Virus record (IMG/VR): IMGVR_UViG_3300030037_000034
Location: 1 to 35,979 of that record
Direction: 5' to 3' (one strand)
Origin: a virus
Taxonomy: Duplodnaviria; Caudoviricetes
DNA: 35,979 bases
Each line of letters starts with the position of its first letter. Position 1 is the stretch's first letter. The notes beneath the pieces were generated by a model that worked only from the letters and a program-made list of their open reading frames with translations, made no database searches and was not told the origin of the DNA. Of the stretch, positions 34,441 to 35,979 are shown in pieces. Both the position numbers and the translations under genes were made by a program.

Positions 34441-35925
34441 TTACTCCTCGGCGTCAATGTTAGCCTGAAAGTTAGATATTTCAACGAATTCATCAAGGTA
34501 TTTTTTTACGGTGTTGTGGTTTAGCTGCTTGCCATCAATTAAGCAGTGACGACGAATGTATGAGGCGGTAATTTCATTGTGTGGCAGTCCGTTATCAGAA
34601 ACCTCTGTTTTTAGCCAGTTGTGAACAATCTGCATTTTGGGGGCTCGCGTGTAGTCCATAATCTTACTATCGGCTTTTTCTAAGTACTCGATAAGATCAT
34701 TACTAACTACCGGTTTAGCATTTCCTTTTGGTTCTTCTTGGTCAGCTGATAATTCTATAGTCTTAACGGATTCACTTATCTGAAAGGCCTCATAGTGTAG
34801 CTGAGTTTCAATCATAGAGTGGCCCAAAACACGGTGTCTGTAAGCTGACCTGGCTTCGCCTGGAAGCTTATGATTTTCATAAGTGATTTCTGTATATAGC
34901 GCTCTACAGTCTTTTAGCGAAAAATTGCCGTTTTGGAGATTCATTCTTACAGCAGAGTTCATTGTTCGTTCGTATTTTCGGTGTACAGCCTTATTGTGGT
35001 CATAGTCTTTAATATCGCCATCCTTTACCATGCTCTCTACTTCATTTCCCTGTACATCAGTAAATTTTAGCTTATCCTTTCTTGTGGCCTTTCTCAGTGT
35101 TTTAAAGGCCTGCAGGACGATTTTGGCGTCTATTAGGGTTGGTATGTTGTAAGGTTTTACAGATTCGAATAGGTGTCTATTTTTCGTCTTGAGCTGGCCG
35201 CTGAACAAAAGCGTTCTATCATCAACCATTTTAACTTTTGCGGTTTTCATTATCTCCGTAAGCCTGCGACCAGTTGATAGCGCTAAGCCAACACATAGAT
35301 CACTATCTGATGGGCTTTCTTTTGTTAAAAGGATTAATGATAAATCCTTGATCCACTTAGGATTAACAACTATTTGATTGTGTAATTTTTTGCTTAGCTG
35401 CTTTGAATCGTCGTCTTTTATCCAGTCCTTAACAGCTCCTTTTGGTTCAAAAAGATAGTATGAATGATGTTCTACATTCAGCGATAAAAGATCTTTTTTA
35501 TATTCTGATCCTGTTATTGAGTCTGCTCTTAATAAAATAATGTTATCCCTAAGCTTTTCTATTGGTAGCGAGGGATCTAGCATCTTTACAATCTCTGGCT
35601 TTTTATCCTTATATTTGCGTATGAAAACGTTAATATGATAATCGATTGAATGGTGCTTAAGGTTTAGTGACTTTATTGCATTTCTATAGGTTTCCATGAG
35701 ATGGGAGTAATATCTATAGGAACATGCTGGCTCACTTTTAAGATCTCCCGTCTTTTTATCAACTATAACACCCAATGATTTGTGCTCTCTTCTGGCAATA
35801 GCATTGCATCTGTCTGTTATATATTTACCTGACCCTTTCTCCTTATCATTAGCTATTTTTTGAATGTGGCGAATATCATTTACAATTTCTTTTACTCTAT
35901 TTTTTGATGACTTTGAACCATTCAT
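34441..35925 (-). CDS. telN: Protelomerase (telomere resolvase)
   Basis: TGRR..EI, FSGQLK, KDCRA.Y, LGH....TQ.HY catalytic motifs; GGAGG 8 nt before ATG35925. Confidence 0.95.
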   Translation of the reverse strand: MNGSKSSKNRVKEIVNDIRHIQKIANDKEKGSGKYITDRCNAIARREHKSLGVIVDKKTGDLKSEPACSYRYYSHLMETYRNAIKSLNLKHHSIDYHINVFIRKYKDKKPEIVKMLDPSLPIEKLRDNIILLRADSITGSEYKKDLLSLNVEHHSYYLFEPKGAVKDWIKDDDSKQLSKKLHNQIVVNPKWIKDLSLILLTKESPSDSDLCVGLALSTGRRLTEIMKTAKVKMVDDRTLLFSGQLKTKNRHLFESVKPYNIPTLIDAKIVLQAFKTLRKATRKDKLKFTDVQGNEVESMVKDGDIKDYDHNKAVHRKYERTMNSAVRMNLQNGNFSLKDCRALYTEITYENHKLPGEARSAYRHRVLGHSMIETQLHYEAFQISESVKTIELSADQEEPKGNAKPVVSNDLIEYLEKADSKIMDYTRAPKMQIVHNWLKTEVSDNGLPHNEITASYIRRHCLIDGKQLNHNTVKKYLDEFVEISNFQANIDAEE

Positions 35926-35979
35926 AGCAACAACCTCCAAACTGTTTAACTGTACACGCATCCTAGCACTGGATTTCTA

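Larger units (their letters stand above)
1..35979. mobile_element. Linear phage-plasmid (N15/VP882/PhiHAP-1-like temperate phage with contractile tail), near-complete, prophage orientation
   Basis: Protelomerase, primase-helicase RepA, ParA, cI/cro/Q, and full head, tail and lysis modules are all present. No integrase and no host genes. cos is internal; parA and telN sit at opposite ends, both pointing inward. Confidence 0.95.

Noticed and set aside
1-35979. tRNA/rRNA genes, integrase/att, diversity-generating retroelement, LuxR/VqmA-type quorum-sensing receptor, recoded stop codons
   Set aside because: None seen. Genes tile normally under the standard code, and the only regulator between repA and telN is an XRE without a PAS or ligand domain.

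Overview
The window appears to be an almost complete (~36 kb) N15/VP882/PhiHAP-1-type linear phage-plasmid in prophage orientation. parA plus a small partner gene sit at the left end, a protelomerase (telN) at the right end, and a lambda-like cos lies internally at ~20.94 kb. Between them are a P2-like contractile tail, a lambda-like terminase and portal, a fused protease-capsid gene, a lysis cassette, a pR'/tR'-like late promoter, rdgC, Q, cro, cI and a primase-helicase RepA. The hairpin telomere site itself is not visible. The most interesting signal is a candidate two-input induction circuit. The CI repressor has Arg where the catalytic Lys of the S24 peptidase should be. Two paralogous small ORFs share an identical LFLLHEAADLL block: one (58 aa, missing from the supplied ORF track) is divergent from an XRE regulator with two GAC-N6-GTC boxes, and the other lies behind a LexA-box promoter, with an 11-nt sequence downstream of telN that is complementary to its start codon. 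Other unexplained structures are dispersed in-phase arrays of an ACATTTGT-like octamer (candidate centromeres), a ~220-nt fold-back upstream of repA, a 54-bp palindrome in the repA 3' end (candidate origin) and a catalytically degenerate serine-recombinase domain. All protein assignments come from motif recognition and synteny by eye; no searches were run.
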